DNA from: Tubulanus polymorphus
Taxonomy: Eukaryota > Animalia > Nemertea
Length of the DNA: 64,000 bases
Assembly (NCBI RefSeq): GCF_964204645.1
Contig: NC_134030.1
Coordinates: 11,987,947-12,051,946 of the forward strand
Reading direction: 5' to 3'
In this document: in pieces, positions 1-11,480 of the stretch
Position numbering within the stretch: position 1 is the first letter of the stretch
Layout of the letters: each line of letters starts with the position of its first letter
The notes under the pieces: model-generated
Databases searched by the model: none
Told to the model about the DNA's origin: nothing
Seen by the model: only the letters and a program-made list of their open reading frames with translations
Program-made: the position numbers and the translations under genes

Positions 1-1787
1 GATATAAAGGCGCAATCCCATATTCATTTTATAAATCACATAATGATTTTAATATAACTGAATTATTAAAAGAACAATTTTATGATGAATTAAAAAATGA
101 ATATGTTAAAGATGAAGTCTATAATAGAACATTGAATATTTGGAATCATTTCAAAATAGAAAATCATGGACAATTAGTAGATTTATATTTAAAATCAGAT
201 GTATTATTATTAACTGATATATTCGAAAGGTTTAGAGATGTAAACCTAAAATATTTTAACATTGATCCTTGTCATTGTTATTCTAGTCCAGGTTTAAATT
301 GGGATTGTGGTTTAAAATTTACTGATATAAAAATGGATTTGTTAACAAATATAGATCAATTATTATTATTTGAAAAATCTATAAGAGGAGGAGTTTCAGG
401 TGTATTAGGCGATAGATATTTTAATGTAAATGATAACCCTGGATATAAGTTATTATATATAGATGCAAATAATTTGTATGGTTGGGCAATGATGGAACCG
501 CAACCTTATGGAGTATTTGAAAAAAGTGAAGTTTTACAACTATGAAAATAATGATAAATTTGATTGGAAGAAAAGAATTCTAGATATTGCAGATGATTCA
601 GATACTGGTTACTTCTTTGTTGTAGATTTAGAATATCCTGAACATATTAAATTTAAATCTAGAAATCTAGCATACTGCCCAGAACATAAAACTGTAACTC
701 AGGAAGAATTATCAAATTATCAAAAAAGAATTAAACCCGAAAATCATATTCATACAGAAAAGTTAACGGTAACTCAGGAAGATAAATATAATTATGTAGT
801 GCATTATAGTATGTTGAAGTTTTATTTGAACCAAGGAATGGTTCTAAAAATTGTACATAGATATATTTCATTTAGTCAATCTAAATGGTTAGAAAAATAT
901 ATAGACTTTAACACCAAACAGAGAACAAAAGCTAAAACTGATTTTGAGAAAGATTTCTTCAAACTAATGAATAATGCATTCTATGGTAAGACTTGTGAAA
1001 ATATTAGAAATAGAAATGATATTGAGTTAGTAAGTAATGGCAAAAGGATAAAGCATTTACAATCATATCCTAAGTTTTTAGGTAACAGAATAATTGATGA
1101 AAATTTAGCTGCAGTTAAAATGAGAAGAACTTCTATGAAATTTAATAAACCAATCTATGTTGGTGCTTCAGTTTTAGAAATATCAAAGCTATTGATGTAT
1201 GAATTCTATTATAATGTATTACAACCTCATTTTGGAGAAAAACATATAGAAATCTTATATTTTGATACTGACAGTTACATATTAAAGATAAAAACTAATA
1301 ACATAACAGATGATTTAAAAAAATTAAAACATCATTTTGATTTTAGTAACTATCGTAAAGATCATGAATTGATAATAAAAAGCGACCCGGGAAGTTTAAG
1401 GATGAATTAGGTGGTGAAGAAATGATTGAATTCATTGGTATTAGATCTAAAATGTATTCATATAAAACTAAAAAACATGAAGCTAAAAAGTTAAAAGGAA
1501 TTACTAAAAGTGTAGTAGAAAAGAATATTCATTTCAAAGATTATATCAATTGTATATTCAATGAAGAAGTTAGAAAACATAAGATGAAATGTTTAAGATC
1601 AGAAGATCACGAGATGTTTATTGAAGAAATTGAAAAGGTAAGTTTGAATCCATTTGATGATAAAAGATATATTTTAGATGATGGAATTCATACAGTTGCT
1701 TATGGTAGCAATTTAGATGAATATCTAAAGTTCAAAAGAGAAGAAACAAAAGAGAACGAGATTATGAACAGGATTCTAACGTGTTAA
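1..1787 (+). pseudogene. protein-primed family B DNA polymerase (pPolB), C-terminal part, frameshifted into ORFs 132-545, 508-1410 and 1422-1787
   Basis: PolB motifs: exo III YLKSDV, SIRGG, YIDANNLYGWAM, KLMNNAFYGKT, YFDTDS, RSKMYSY, KKLKGI, LNPFDDKRY. Confidence 0.92.
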
Positions 1788-1816
1788 TCAAATTTTAATA
1801 AAAATATGTATTATAA

Positions 1817-2170
1817 ATGGAGAGTAAACAAGCAAACAGTGAGTACAACAAATTATTTCTAGATAGAATAAAAAATACTTCAAATGTTAAATCAGTAGAT
1901 TATAAATTTAAGAAGTTAAAAGAATTAACAATCCATAAGAAATATCTAATTACAAATATTGTTACAGTTACTAACAAATATGGAGATAAATTAGTTATAC
2001 ACTTAGAATATGAAGCATTAAAAAGAAATACATATAAATTCAGAACATATTTACCTGATAGATTTCAGAGATTATCAAGTGAAGATTTAGAAGAATTATG
2101 TTCTGGTGATTTCTATTTCGTATGCAAGGGTAAGAATAAAAAAGGGCACCATGAAATAGATTTCGAATAA
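1817..2170 (+). CDS. conserved small Polinton protein (117 aa), function unknown
   Basis: Intact ORF with TAAATG start; degenerate homolog in copy B at 14732-15084. Confidence 0.65.
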   Translation: MESKQANSEYNKLFLDRIKNTSNVKSVDYKFKKLKELTIHKKYLITNIVTVTNKYGDKLVIHLEYEALKRNTYKFRTYLPDRFQRLSSEDLEELCSGDFYFVCKGKNKKGHHEIDFE

Positions 2171-2184
2171 AATATGTAAAATAA

Positions 2185-2943
2185 ATGGTAGAATTAAAAG
2201 AATACAGAATATTTGTTGATTCTAGAAAACTTACAAATTATTAATCACATAATTTATTAGTACAATTAGATAGAGAATTTAGAAATTGTGTAGATTTAAA
2301 ATTAGTAAATGTAAGTTTATGTAATTCTTTTTATAATATATCAGATAAAAGTATTGAACATAGATTGTTTATGATTTATGTAGAAAATATAGATAAATGG
2401 TATAATCTATTATTAAAACCGGGATTATATAATTTAGAAAAATTAGCACAAGAAATTAACAGAAGAGCACGATTAAAACTTAGAAGTGAAGATAAATTTT
2501 TAATTAGATTCATAAAAAGTGATAGTTCTGATAAAATTAAAATAAAGTTAGATGAAGGAAACAAACATGCATTTATGGTAAACAAACCATTAGCTAAAAT
2601 GTTAGGAATTAAACCATTTACTGTTACAGGAAACGTAGAAGTTACACCAAACTTAATACCTTACACACACTTTTATATTTATTGCAATTTAATTGATGCT
2701 ACAAAAACATTCGAAGCAACTAAAGATAAAACTTGCAATTCTAGTATATTAAATATTTTACCATTAAAAAATGCTAAACAATTTGGAACGCAAATAAATT
2801 ATTATTTAACAGAATGTGATTTTAAACCTTGTATTTCAAGTTTTAACAATTCTAAGTAAGAAGTAAGAAATCACAATGGTTATTTAATTGATTTGAATAA
2901 CTTTCCTGTATTTTATGAATTAGTTATAAGATGTAAAGAGTAA
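2185..2943 (+). pseudogene. probable minor capsid (penton, single jelly-roll) protein with two in-frame stops (2242, 2857)
   Basis: One 252-codon frame: MVELKEYRIFVDSR...VSLCNSFYNIS...KPGLYN...FYIYCNLI...IDLNNFP. Pattern typical of Polinton/virophage minor capsid proteins; homolog in copy B. Confidence 0.6.
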
Positions 2944-2959
2944 TTTTTTTGTTAAATAA

Positions 2960-3306
2960 ATGAATATAACAGTAGGGCCGAGTATATGTTTTGGGTTTGA
3001 TTTTAAACGTGAGAAAGAAATGAAATTTGATATTACTGATGTAATTACACATATTAAAAATATTGCATTTTGTAACGAAACAACATTTGAGTATGAAAAA
3101 AAACAATAGATAAAGAAACTTTTAATGTAGAAAAGATTACCGAGTCTTTAAGATTTTATGAATTAGATTGTGATTTTATCATTGATGATATTAAAAGAAT
3201 AATAAATGAAATATATGAAAATGAACCTAATAATACTATAAATGTTGAAATAATCATAAATAAGATAACTAAATATTTTGAAGGTAGTAATATTTTTGAT
3301 AGATAA
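2960..3306 (+). pseudogene. small Polinton ORF (MNITVGPSICFGFDFK...), frameshifted
   Basis: Homolog of the intact 113-aa ORF 13625-13966 in copy B. Confidence 0.55.
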
Positions 3307-3307
3307 A

Positions 3308-3529
3308 TAAGTGATAATAAGTGGATAATAACTGGATTATATAATGGAGCATTATTATCAGTTGGAACTGTTGGTTATTCAATGGTATCAAAAAAAAGTA
3401 TTTAAAATGGGAAGTGTTAATGTTGATAGATTTGATATAAATGATATCTTAAAATTAACATTAGCAGTTACTTTATCTAATTTAACTGTTGATTATTTGG
3501 AAAAACAAAAATATATTCCTCCTATATAA
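3308..3529 (+). pseudogene. small hydrophobic Polinton protein, start lost and frameshifted
   Basis: Homolog of 13433-13624 (MSDNKWIITGLYN...LAVTLSNLTVDY). Confidence 0.5.
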
Positions 3530-3553
3530 TTGCATAATATTTTTGCTAAATAA

Positions 3554-3976
3554 ATGGCTTCTGTAATTCTAACTATTATAGGAACAGCAATTGTTAACGC
3601 TTTAGCATTTACTGGTGGTGGTTATTTATTTAGGCATATAGATAAAAATAGTTCATTAGAAGAACAAAAAAGACATAATTTAGCATTAGAGAAATATAAT
3701 AAATCAGCAGAAGAATATAGAGAAAAGAGACAAAACTATATGGATTACATCAATAAAGAATTATATGATCAGAAGATTTCACATAGAGATTTTCAATCAG
3801 TTGATGATGCAATGAGTTTATATAACGCGGTAACCAATAAAGAAAAATTACATCTATACAAACCTAAATTATCAGATTATTATACCCCAAGTAAAGAACA
3901 ACAGAAATATGAAATAATTTGGATTTTAGGTGGAACTGTTATTGTTATATTTGTTGCTTATGAATTTACTAATTAG
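3554..3976 (+). CDS. Polinton membrane protein (N-terminal hydrophobic helix, coiled coil, C-terminal TM)
   Basis: MASVILTIIGTAIVNALAFTGGGYLF...EEQKRHNLALEK...IIWILGGTVIVIFVAY; degenerate homolog at ~12945-13359. Confidence 0.7.
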   Translation: MASVILTIIGTAIVNALAFTGGGYLFRHIDKNSSLEEQKRHNLALEKYNKSAEEYREKRQNYMDYINKELYDQKISHRDFQSVDDAMSLYNAVTNKEKLHLYKPKLSDYYTPSKEQQKYEIIWILGGTVIVIFVAYEFTN

Positions 3977-3994
3977 TAATTTTTTGCTAAATAA

Positions 3995-4429
3995 ATGGAC
4001 GATAAAGTTGATAATATTGATATTATTCCTCATGATATAAATAAAACTAAATTAAAAATATATTTAGAAAAACAAATATTAGAATTTGAAAATGATTTAA
4101 AAGTTAAAAAGAAAAAATATTTAAAAAGTAAAATTATATATTATTTGATTATAAGTGGTTCGGTTACAATTAGTTCTGTAATAACATTTCTAGCAATATT
4201 CAGCCCATTAACACATTTAGCTATATCAATTGGCGTGTTAGGATTATCATCAAGTGTTTTAACTGGTATAAATTCAAAATTAAATATAAAAAGTAATAAA
4301 GAAAAAATTAAAACTAATATAAAAGAAATTAATAAATTGAAGAATACACTAGATTATATAATAAGTCTAAATGGCCATATAACAGTTGAAGAACAAGATA
4401 AATTATTAAAAGAATTAATAAATTATTAA
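3995..4429 (+). CDS. Polinton two-TM protein (144 aa)
   Basis: Two hydrophobic helices flanked by coiled coils; degenerate homolog at ~12550-12915. Confidence 0.65.
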   Translation: MDDKVDNIDIIPHDINKTKLKIYLEKQILEFENDLKVKKKKYLKSKIIYYLIISGSVTISSVITFLAIFSPLTHLAISIGVLGLSSSVLTGINSKLNIKSNKEKIKTNIKEINKLKNTLDYIISLNGHITVEEQDKLLKELINY

Positions 4430-4445
4430 TTTTTTAGTTATATAA

Positions 4446-5731
4446 ATGGGGTTTCCAAAAGCTTTCCAATATAATAAATCAATTAAATATAATATTCCTG
4501 CATTAGATTTTAAAAAATATATTACATATAAAAATTTAGTTTTAAATTCATTAACTGATTTAGAAATTTATGCTACTGAATCACAGTGGAAAATATATTT
4601 AATACATATGAAGTTACTTTTACTCGAGATGAATATCATATATATAAAGTAAAATCTAATATGAAATATTGGCAGAATCAATTAAATTTTGCTGTTTATT
4701 GTGCAACAACTGGTTGTGGAATAAGTTGGAATGATCATTTAAATAACTTAGATAAAAATTTGAAGTATTCTGATTTAAAATTAATTCACACAATATTTAG
4801 ATTTCACACATATTTTCAAATCAGAATAATATTAAATGAATTAGAATGTCCTTTACCCGGATCTAAATATTTTAAAGAATTAGACAATAATATTAATCCA
4901 TCTAAGTTTTATAAAATATGTAATGAATTTAATATAAATATTAATTCCGATTTTAGAGCGCATGGTAAATTGCAAGGTGTTGGTGAAGAGTATGAAATAA
5001 AAAGAATTGATTATATGCATAGAATTGGAGCTTATCATAATTATAAAATTGATAATAATCATGGTTGGGTTAATTTCATTTTAGAAAATGGTGAAAGTTT
5101 CACAAAATCAGGTATACAAAGAATAAATCAATCTATTATAACTTATTTGATATGTATTTTAGGTGCGCAAGTTGAAACAAGATCACCAATTGTTGGAAAT
5201 GATAACACTTCATTCGATGCGCAGAAACAATTTAAAGTATTATTGAAGATTCCATTCATAATGATAAAAATAGATCGATTCCAGAAAACATTGTAAGATA
5301 TCAAAATTATTTAGATAAATCACATATTAGATTAAATTATTGTATAGGCCCTAATCTATTAATTAATTCTAATGATTTAGTATTAAAGATGGGAAATATA
5401 ATTGGTTATAATAATCTAATTAAAACTGCAACAAAAAATAATTCATTTGGATTAAATGATATAAATAAAAAGATTATCGCTGCTCCAAAATTAATGGAAG
5501 GTGAAAAAAATAAAAAACATATTCAATCAACAGAAACTAAAACTAAAAATATTAAATTTAATAATGATTCTAAAATAAAAGATTACAATACATCAGAAAA
5601 TATTAAAACTGATAATATTTCAACATGATATAATTAAAACTAATGATGATAATAAATCCCATGAAAATACTAAATTAGCTTTAACTTGTATAGGAATTGT
5701 AATCGGAGGAATATTATATTTTAAATTTTAA
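4446..5731 (+). pseudogene. conserved Polinton protein (YWQNQLNFAVYCATTGCGISW motif) with C-terminal TM, frameshifted
   Basis: ORFs 4446-4652, 4586-5296 and 5389-5628 join into one gene; homologs in B (11480-12527) and C (33774-34665). Confidence 0.7.
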
Positions 5732-5746
5732 TTTTTTATTATATAA

Positions 5747-7430
5747 ATGGAAGAAGATATTCCAATGGATCCTTTAAGATGACGCTCCTGGTATAAGTGA
5801 TGAACAACCACCTGATTTTGATGAAACAAGTTTTAGTAATGATAATAAAACAGCATATAACAATAATTTAAATAATGATGAAGATGATGATTTTGATGAT
5901 GATAAAATTGATACCGAATCACTAAAAATATTAAATGAAATGAAAATTAGAGTAACAGGTGCAGTTGTAAACGAAATATTACCAAAAGTTGTAATAGGTA
6001 AAGTTGGTTCAGAAGAAATTGTAAAACAAATTATAAATGATGACCCATTTTTCACGGATAATTTAGAATTTAAAAATGATGCGTGGTATTATAATCTTGA
6101 ATTAAATGGTGAAAATGTAAAATTAAAATTATCTAAAATGGGACAAGAAAATATGTATGTACCTAAAATGTTAGCAAGATCTACAATTAAACGTTCAAAA
6201 GGTGGTAGAGAATTTCTCAGAATTATATGGAATGCACTCGATAGAATAAATGAAGAAGAACCAATTCCTAAATTTTATATTAACAAATATTCACCATTTA
6301 AAAGTCCAAATTTAAATCCTACTTATGATCCAGAACAGCCGAAACATCGAGAAGAGATATTCAACAAATTGATAATGATTCAAGTCAATTACAATTAGTA
6401 AAACATTTTGATAGCATGTTAGATACAGTTCATTCATTTGAAGAAGAGATGAATAGTGTTTAAGATACACCGGGTGTTGAAACTGGAATAAATCGAATAC
6501 AATCTTTACTAGAAAAAGGATTATTTGATTTAACTGATGATGAATTAGAAGCATTTCCTGAACAAGCACGTAGAGAAATTAAAGGTATGCAAGAATCAGC
6601 TGATAAAATTGCGCATGAAAAAGGTAAAAGAGATATTAAAATTAGATTTTTAGAAAAAGAATTAACTGATAAAAGTAAAGAAATAGAACAATTAAAGTCT
6701 GATCTTGATCGTCAAGTATTTGATGAAATGGAATATAGGCAAAAAGAATTACGTTTAGAAAAAGAAATTGATAATTTAGAATATAACAGAATTACAAAAG
6801 GAAGACATTAAATTATTATTAAAATCATATGATTATAATATTGATAGATTAAAAGTTATTTTTAAAGATTTGTTGATTTAACCAAATTCTGAAATATCAT
6901 TGAAAGATAGAATAAAATTATTATTTAAATTAGAAGGAATAACAATTCTTTCAATTCTAACAGCTGTAACTATGTTATTTACAACAATTGGTTTGGTTTT
7001 AAAGATTTGTTGATTTAACCAAATTCTGAAATATCATTGAAAGATAGAATAAAATTATTATTTAAATTAGAAGGAATAACAATTCTTTCAATTCTAACAG
7101 CTGTAACTATGTTATTTACAACAATTGGTTTAGCTATATCAAATTCTTTGAAATCTACTCCTACTCCAAATAAACCAGATAAACCCCCAGATAATAATAA
7201 TTCTATACAAGATAAAAGTTAAGGATGGTTTAAAGAAATTAGCAAAATATTTATGGGAACTATCTAAAAAATCTGCTGCAGCATTGCCCGTAGTTATTGC
7301 ATCAATTGTTGGTTTTATATTGAAATCTGCAGGAAACATTATTAACTTTGCTGCTGAACATATTATTTTATTTTTAATTACAGTTGTAAGTGCAATTATT
7401 TTGGGTTAGTAAACATGATAAAAAATAAAT
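5747..7430 (+). pseudogene. coiled-coil / two-TM Polinton protein, fragmented, with a ~137-bp internal tandem duplication (~6860-7130)
   Basis: N- and C-termini match the intact 476-aa ORF 32326-33756. Confidence 0.7.
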
Positions 7431-7453
7431 AATTAATTTTTTTTGTTAAATAA

Positions 7454-8573
7454 ATGAGTGGGAGTTATATCAATCCTTCTAAGAATCATAGAATATCTAA
7501 TGCTATTAAAGCAGAAAGATCACATCATATAATTACTCATAACCCTTCTAATATTAATCCTGATGAAACTTTATATGTTAGAATCCCTCGATTAACACAA
7601 AATACTTTTTATGTTCCAAATAGTATTTATTTATCAGCCGATATAAAAGTAACCGGTAATAATAATAATTATGTTGTTGATAATGTTGGAAGATATTTGA
7701 TTAAAAAATTAACTATAAAGATTGGTCCAGAAACAGTTTTCTCATTAGATGATTATAATTTATTTATGCGTTATAAAGATTTATGGTTAACTAAAGAAAA
7801 TAGAAATAATATGATATTTCAAGGAATCCAATCAGAAAACCAAAATAAATTAAGATCAGAAGCACATAATGCAATATCAACTAATGCTATAGATAAATTG
7901 ATAACAAGTATATATGGAAGCAAATATAAAATTCCATTAGACTTTGAATTGATGAATAATAATGCACCTTTATATAAATACGCAATTCAAGAAGAACACA
8001 ATTCAAACTCAATACAATCAAGGATTTTCATTATTATATGATTATATTGATAAATTTAAAACTGTGACTATTAATGCAAATGATGAAATAATTAATGAGA
8101 ATATTAACTTCCCAAGAAGATCTATTAAAGGTATATTAATATTTTTTACCATTGCAACATATACTAATGGTGCAATAAATGTTGATAATTATTATAATCC
8201 TGAAATAACAAAAGTAGAAATAACTATCGAAGGAATAGCAAATAAAATATTTTGTCAAGGAATGAGAATGATTGATCAATGGCCAGAAATAAGAAGACAT
8301 TTTATGAATGAAAAAGTAAAATCATCTGAAAATTGTAATATTAATCAAATTGATTATTATACAGGTAATAAATATGCATTATGGTTAGATTTTAGAACAA
8401 CAGAGGATAATTCATTACATGGTTCTGGAAAAAAACTACAGAACAATAAAGATGGAATACAATTATTCATGACAAAGAATAAAGGAATCAAAAATTTTAA
8501 AATGCACATTTATATTATATCTGACGCGCAATTAAATATTGTAAATTCTGAATTAAATAGTGTTATGTATTAG
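7454..8573 (+). pseudogene. major capsid protein (double jelly-roll, hexon-like) with a frameshifting internal deletion near 7995
   Basis: Near-identical to the intact 415-aa ORF 31034-32281, but lacks the segment DIIFEITF...NENIAS. Confidence 0.75.
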
Positions 8574-8605
8574 AATTTTAACTTTAATAAAAAATGTTAT
8601 ATTAA

Positions 8606-9830
8606 ATGGAAGGTGGAATATATGAAATACAAACTCCAAGTGAAATGATATCAGATATATATTATATATTACCTTATGATAAATACAGTAAGTATTTTGG
8701 AGATAACTTTATTTAATTCAAATATAGAATAAGTAAAATAGATAAGAATATTGAAACTAAAATAGAAAATAATATTGGAACTAAAATAGAAGATAAGAAT
8801 GATATTGAATATAAAATAGAAGATGATATTGAATATAAAATAGAAGATAGTAATAATATTGAAACTAAAATAGAAGATGTAACAGCAGCTACATCTTAAA
8901 ATATACCCTCTACATATGATATTGAATCAAAAAAAGATTATTATAATCCAAAATATTGTGATGTATGTAAGAAATATATATCATATAAAAATTGGGCATC
9001 ACATAAGAAATCAAAGAAACATATAGAAAAAGAAAAGAATAATAATGATAATAATATATCAGTTAGTAATATAAAAGATAATGTTAATACAATTGAAACA
9101 AATGATACCATAGATAATATAACAGATAATGTAATAAATAATGTTAACCCAATTGAAACTAATGATAATGATATAACAGATAATGAAATAATTGATGATT
9201 CTAAAAAACATTGTAACATTTGTAATTTAGATATTTCTAAAAGTAATTTTTCTAAACATAAAAAATCTCAAGCGCATATGGAAAATGAAAGGAAGTTAGA
9301 AGAACATGAAAAGAAATTAGAAGAAATAGAAAGAAATAAAATGTGCCAATATTGTAATAAAAAAATTGAACCTGTTGATGAAAATACTCATTATAAATCA
9401 AAATTACATCTAATAAATGTTTATAAAATAATGGGTATGATACCATTGTTAAATAACCCAGAGAAATATATCAAATATTTTAATCCTAAAACTAACCAAT
9501 ATTATATATTCTATAAGTTGTTATTTGATAAATTATTAGCTTATGCAGAAGATAATCCTGAACAAATATATAAATTATTAAATTATTATATTTAGAAAAA
9601 TAGATTTAAGTTATCTGATAAATAATTTTAGAAATCATTTCGATTTTGATTATGATGATTTTGATGAATACTTAGAAAAATTAAGAGAAAAAGCTAATTT
9701 ACCTACTAATTATTATGTTAAGATGACTCGACTAAAATCAATAAATATACATAATACTTTAGATGAATTAGATATAAACAGAGATGAATTTATAAATGTA
9801 TTAGAAGCAAAATTAGAATAATTATTATAA
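8606..9830 (+). pseudogene. low-complexity protein(s) with U1/matrin-type C2H2 zinc fingers, fragmented
   Basis: CDVCKKYISYKNWASHKKSKKH, CNICNLDISKSNFSKHKKSQAH and CQYCNKKIEPVDENTHYKSKLH read in frame on +. Confidence 0.55.
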
Positions 9831-10147
9831 AACTAATTTATATATCAATGTACTAGACGTACGTAAGAATCTTGGTACGAATCCAAGAATCCAAGAAATC
9901 TTACTTTCTTACTCGTACGTCTAGTATATAGATATATAATTCAGTTTTTATAAAAATTAAAAACATAAAATTATTAATCTAAGTATAGAAATAGTTATAA
10001 TATAATCTATTTTTATTTTTATATAATTCATTTAATAATTTATATATCTATGTACTAGACGTACGTAACAATCTAAGAATTCTTACTTTCTTAGCAAGAG
10101 TCTTGGATTCTTACGTACGTCTAATACATAGGTATATAAATAGTTAT
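9826..10147. promoter_or_regulatory. pair of related long imperfect palindromes (9826-9952 and 10034-10147) at a convergent gene junction
   Basis: Four arms of about TATATATCWATGTACTAGACGTACGTAAGAA in alternating orientation; function not established. Confidence 0.6.
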
Positions 10148-10755
10148 TTTATAAATTTATATTCATAGGGAAATTGAAACCTAAGTAATAATTTTGAACC
10201 TTTATTATTCTTTAATTTATTAATATATTCATCATATAATTCAGTAGGTATAATATCATTTTCTTCCAATGATTGTTGCATAGATTTTTTAGATTTGTTA
10301 TAAAATAAAACTAGAAATCTTATATTAACCCTAAAGTCTTTAACAATTGAATTATATTTTTGATTTAAAACCCATGTTGTTATCCCAAAATGTCTCCCAG
10401 AGAAAGCTAAATAACATAACTCACTTTCTCTAACTTTTGAATCATGTAAATTTGTACAATCATCTATATTGAATAATGTATTTGATCCTTTATAAGTATC
10501 AATTGCTATTTTAATACAATTATCTAAATTTTCTTTTACTGTTTTAGGATCTAATATAATAAACTTTTTCATCTTAACTATATCTCTATTATATGTTTTA
10601 TTCATTTCATAAGTAGGACAAAATAATATTATATTATCAAAATGATTCTTATAAATAGTTTCTAACAAGTCTAATATGAAATGTGTTTTACCACAGTTGG
10701 TTGCCCCAGTTATTAACATATTATGTGGTTCAAATATAAATAAATCTTTATTCAT
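10144..10755 (-). CDS. A32/FtsK-HerA family DNA packaging ATPase
   Basis: Walker A GATNCGKT, Walker B IDD, A32-type SGRHFGITTWVLNQKY; intact ORF. Confidence 0.9.
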   Translation of the reverse strand: MNKDLFIFEPHNMLITGATNCGKTHFILDLLETIYKNHFDNIILFCPTYEMNKTYNRDIVKMKKFIILDPKTVKENLDNCIKIAIDTYKGSNTLFNIDDCTNLHDSKVRESELCYLAFSGRHFGITTWVLNQKYNSIVKDFRVNIRFLVLFYNKSKKSMQQSLEENDIIPTELYDEYINKLKNNKGSKLLLRFQFPYEYKFIK

Positions 10756-10759
10756 TTAT

Positions 10760-11480
10760 TCTTTTAATTTTACCAGATAAAATCCATTCATTAAATTTAT
10801 CATCATATCCTTTATATTTCACCAAAGAATACTTTTTTCCTTTAAGAGTTTTTGTTTTCAATACTTTTTCTATTTTGTATTCTATTTCATCTGGGTTTGG
10901 TACAAGTGATAATTCTTGTTCATAGAAATAACCTAATATTTCTTCATCTTTTAGATCTCCTAGTTTATAAACAAAAGGTTTAGTTAATATTATCTTTTAA
11001 ATCTTGAATATTTCTTCTGTAAAATTAGGGGTTTAACCTTTATAAAAGGTTTTTCTATATTTAGATATTCTAACGTGTTGTCCAATTTAAAATTTAGGTT
11101 CACCGAAATCATGTGTAACAAATGCGCCATATAAATTATTCCATACTATTTCTGAATTATCTTCTTTTCTAGCTTGTATAGGTTTCATTTTTATAGAACT
11201 ATGTTTAGAATTATTATAACCTTTCACTAAATCATCTAACACATCGATATATTTATGTGTTTCATTAGCAGTAAAAAATTTCCACATTCTAGTTTTCAAT
11301 GTTTTATTAAATCTTTCTATAATAGATGTTTTTTTATCTGAGTGTGTTGAAAAATAATCTACATCGTTATCAGATAATAGTTTTTTTGAAATGTTTGTTA
11401 TAAAATTCCTTACCTTCATCAAATATTGATTTAAAAGCATTTGTTACTTCTATACCAGTTTTATTTTTGATTGCTGGCAG
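10760..11480 (-). pseudogene. Polinton rve integrase with C-terminal chromodomain-like segment, 5'-truncated
   Basis: IIERFNKTLKTRMW...YNNSKHSSIKMKP; downstream YKIEKVLKTK...KGYDDKFNEW; several stops. Confidence 0.85.

Larger units (their letters stand above)
1..11480 (+). mobile_element. Polinton/Maverick (adintovirus-like) copy A, degenerate; left end outside window
   Basis: Very AT-rich, gene-dense block: pPolB, minor capsid-like gene, membrane ORFs, major capsid protein, then a convergent A32-like ATPase and rve integrase. The last two could instead belong to copy B. Confidence 0.85.
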
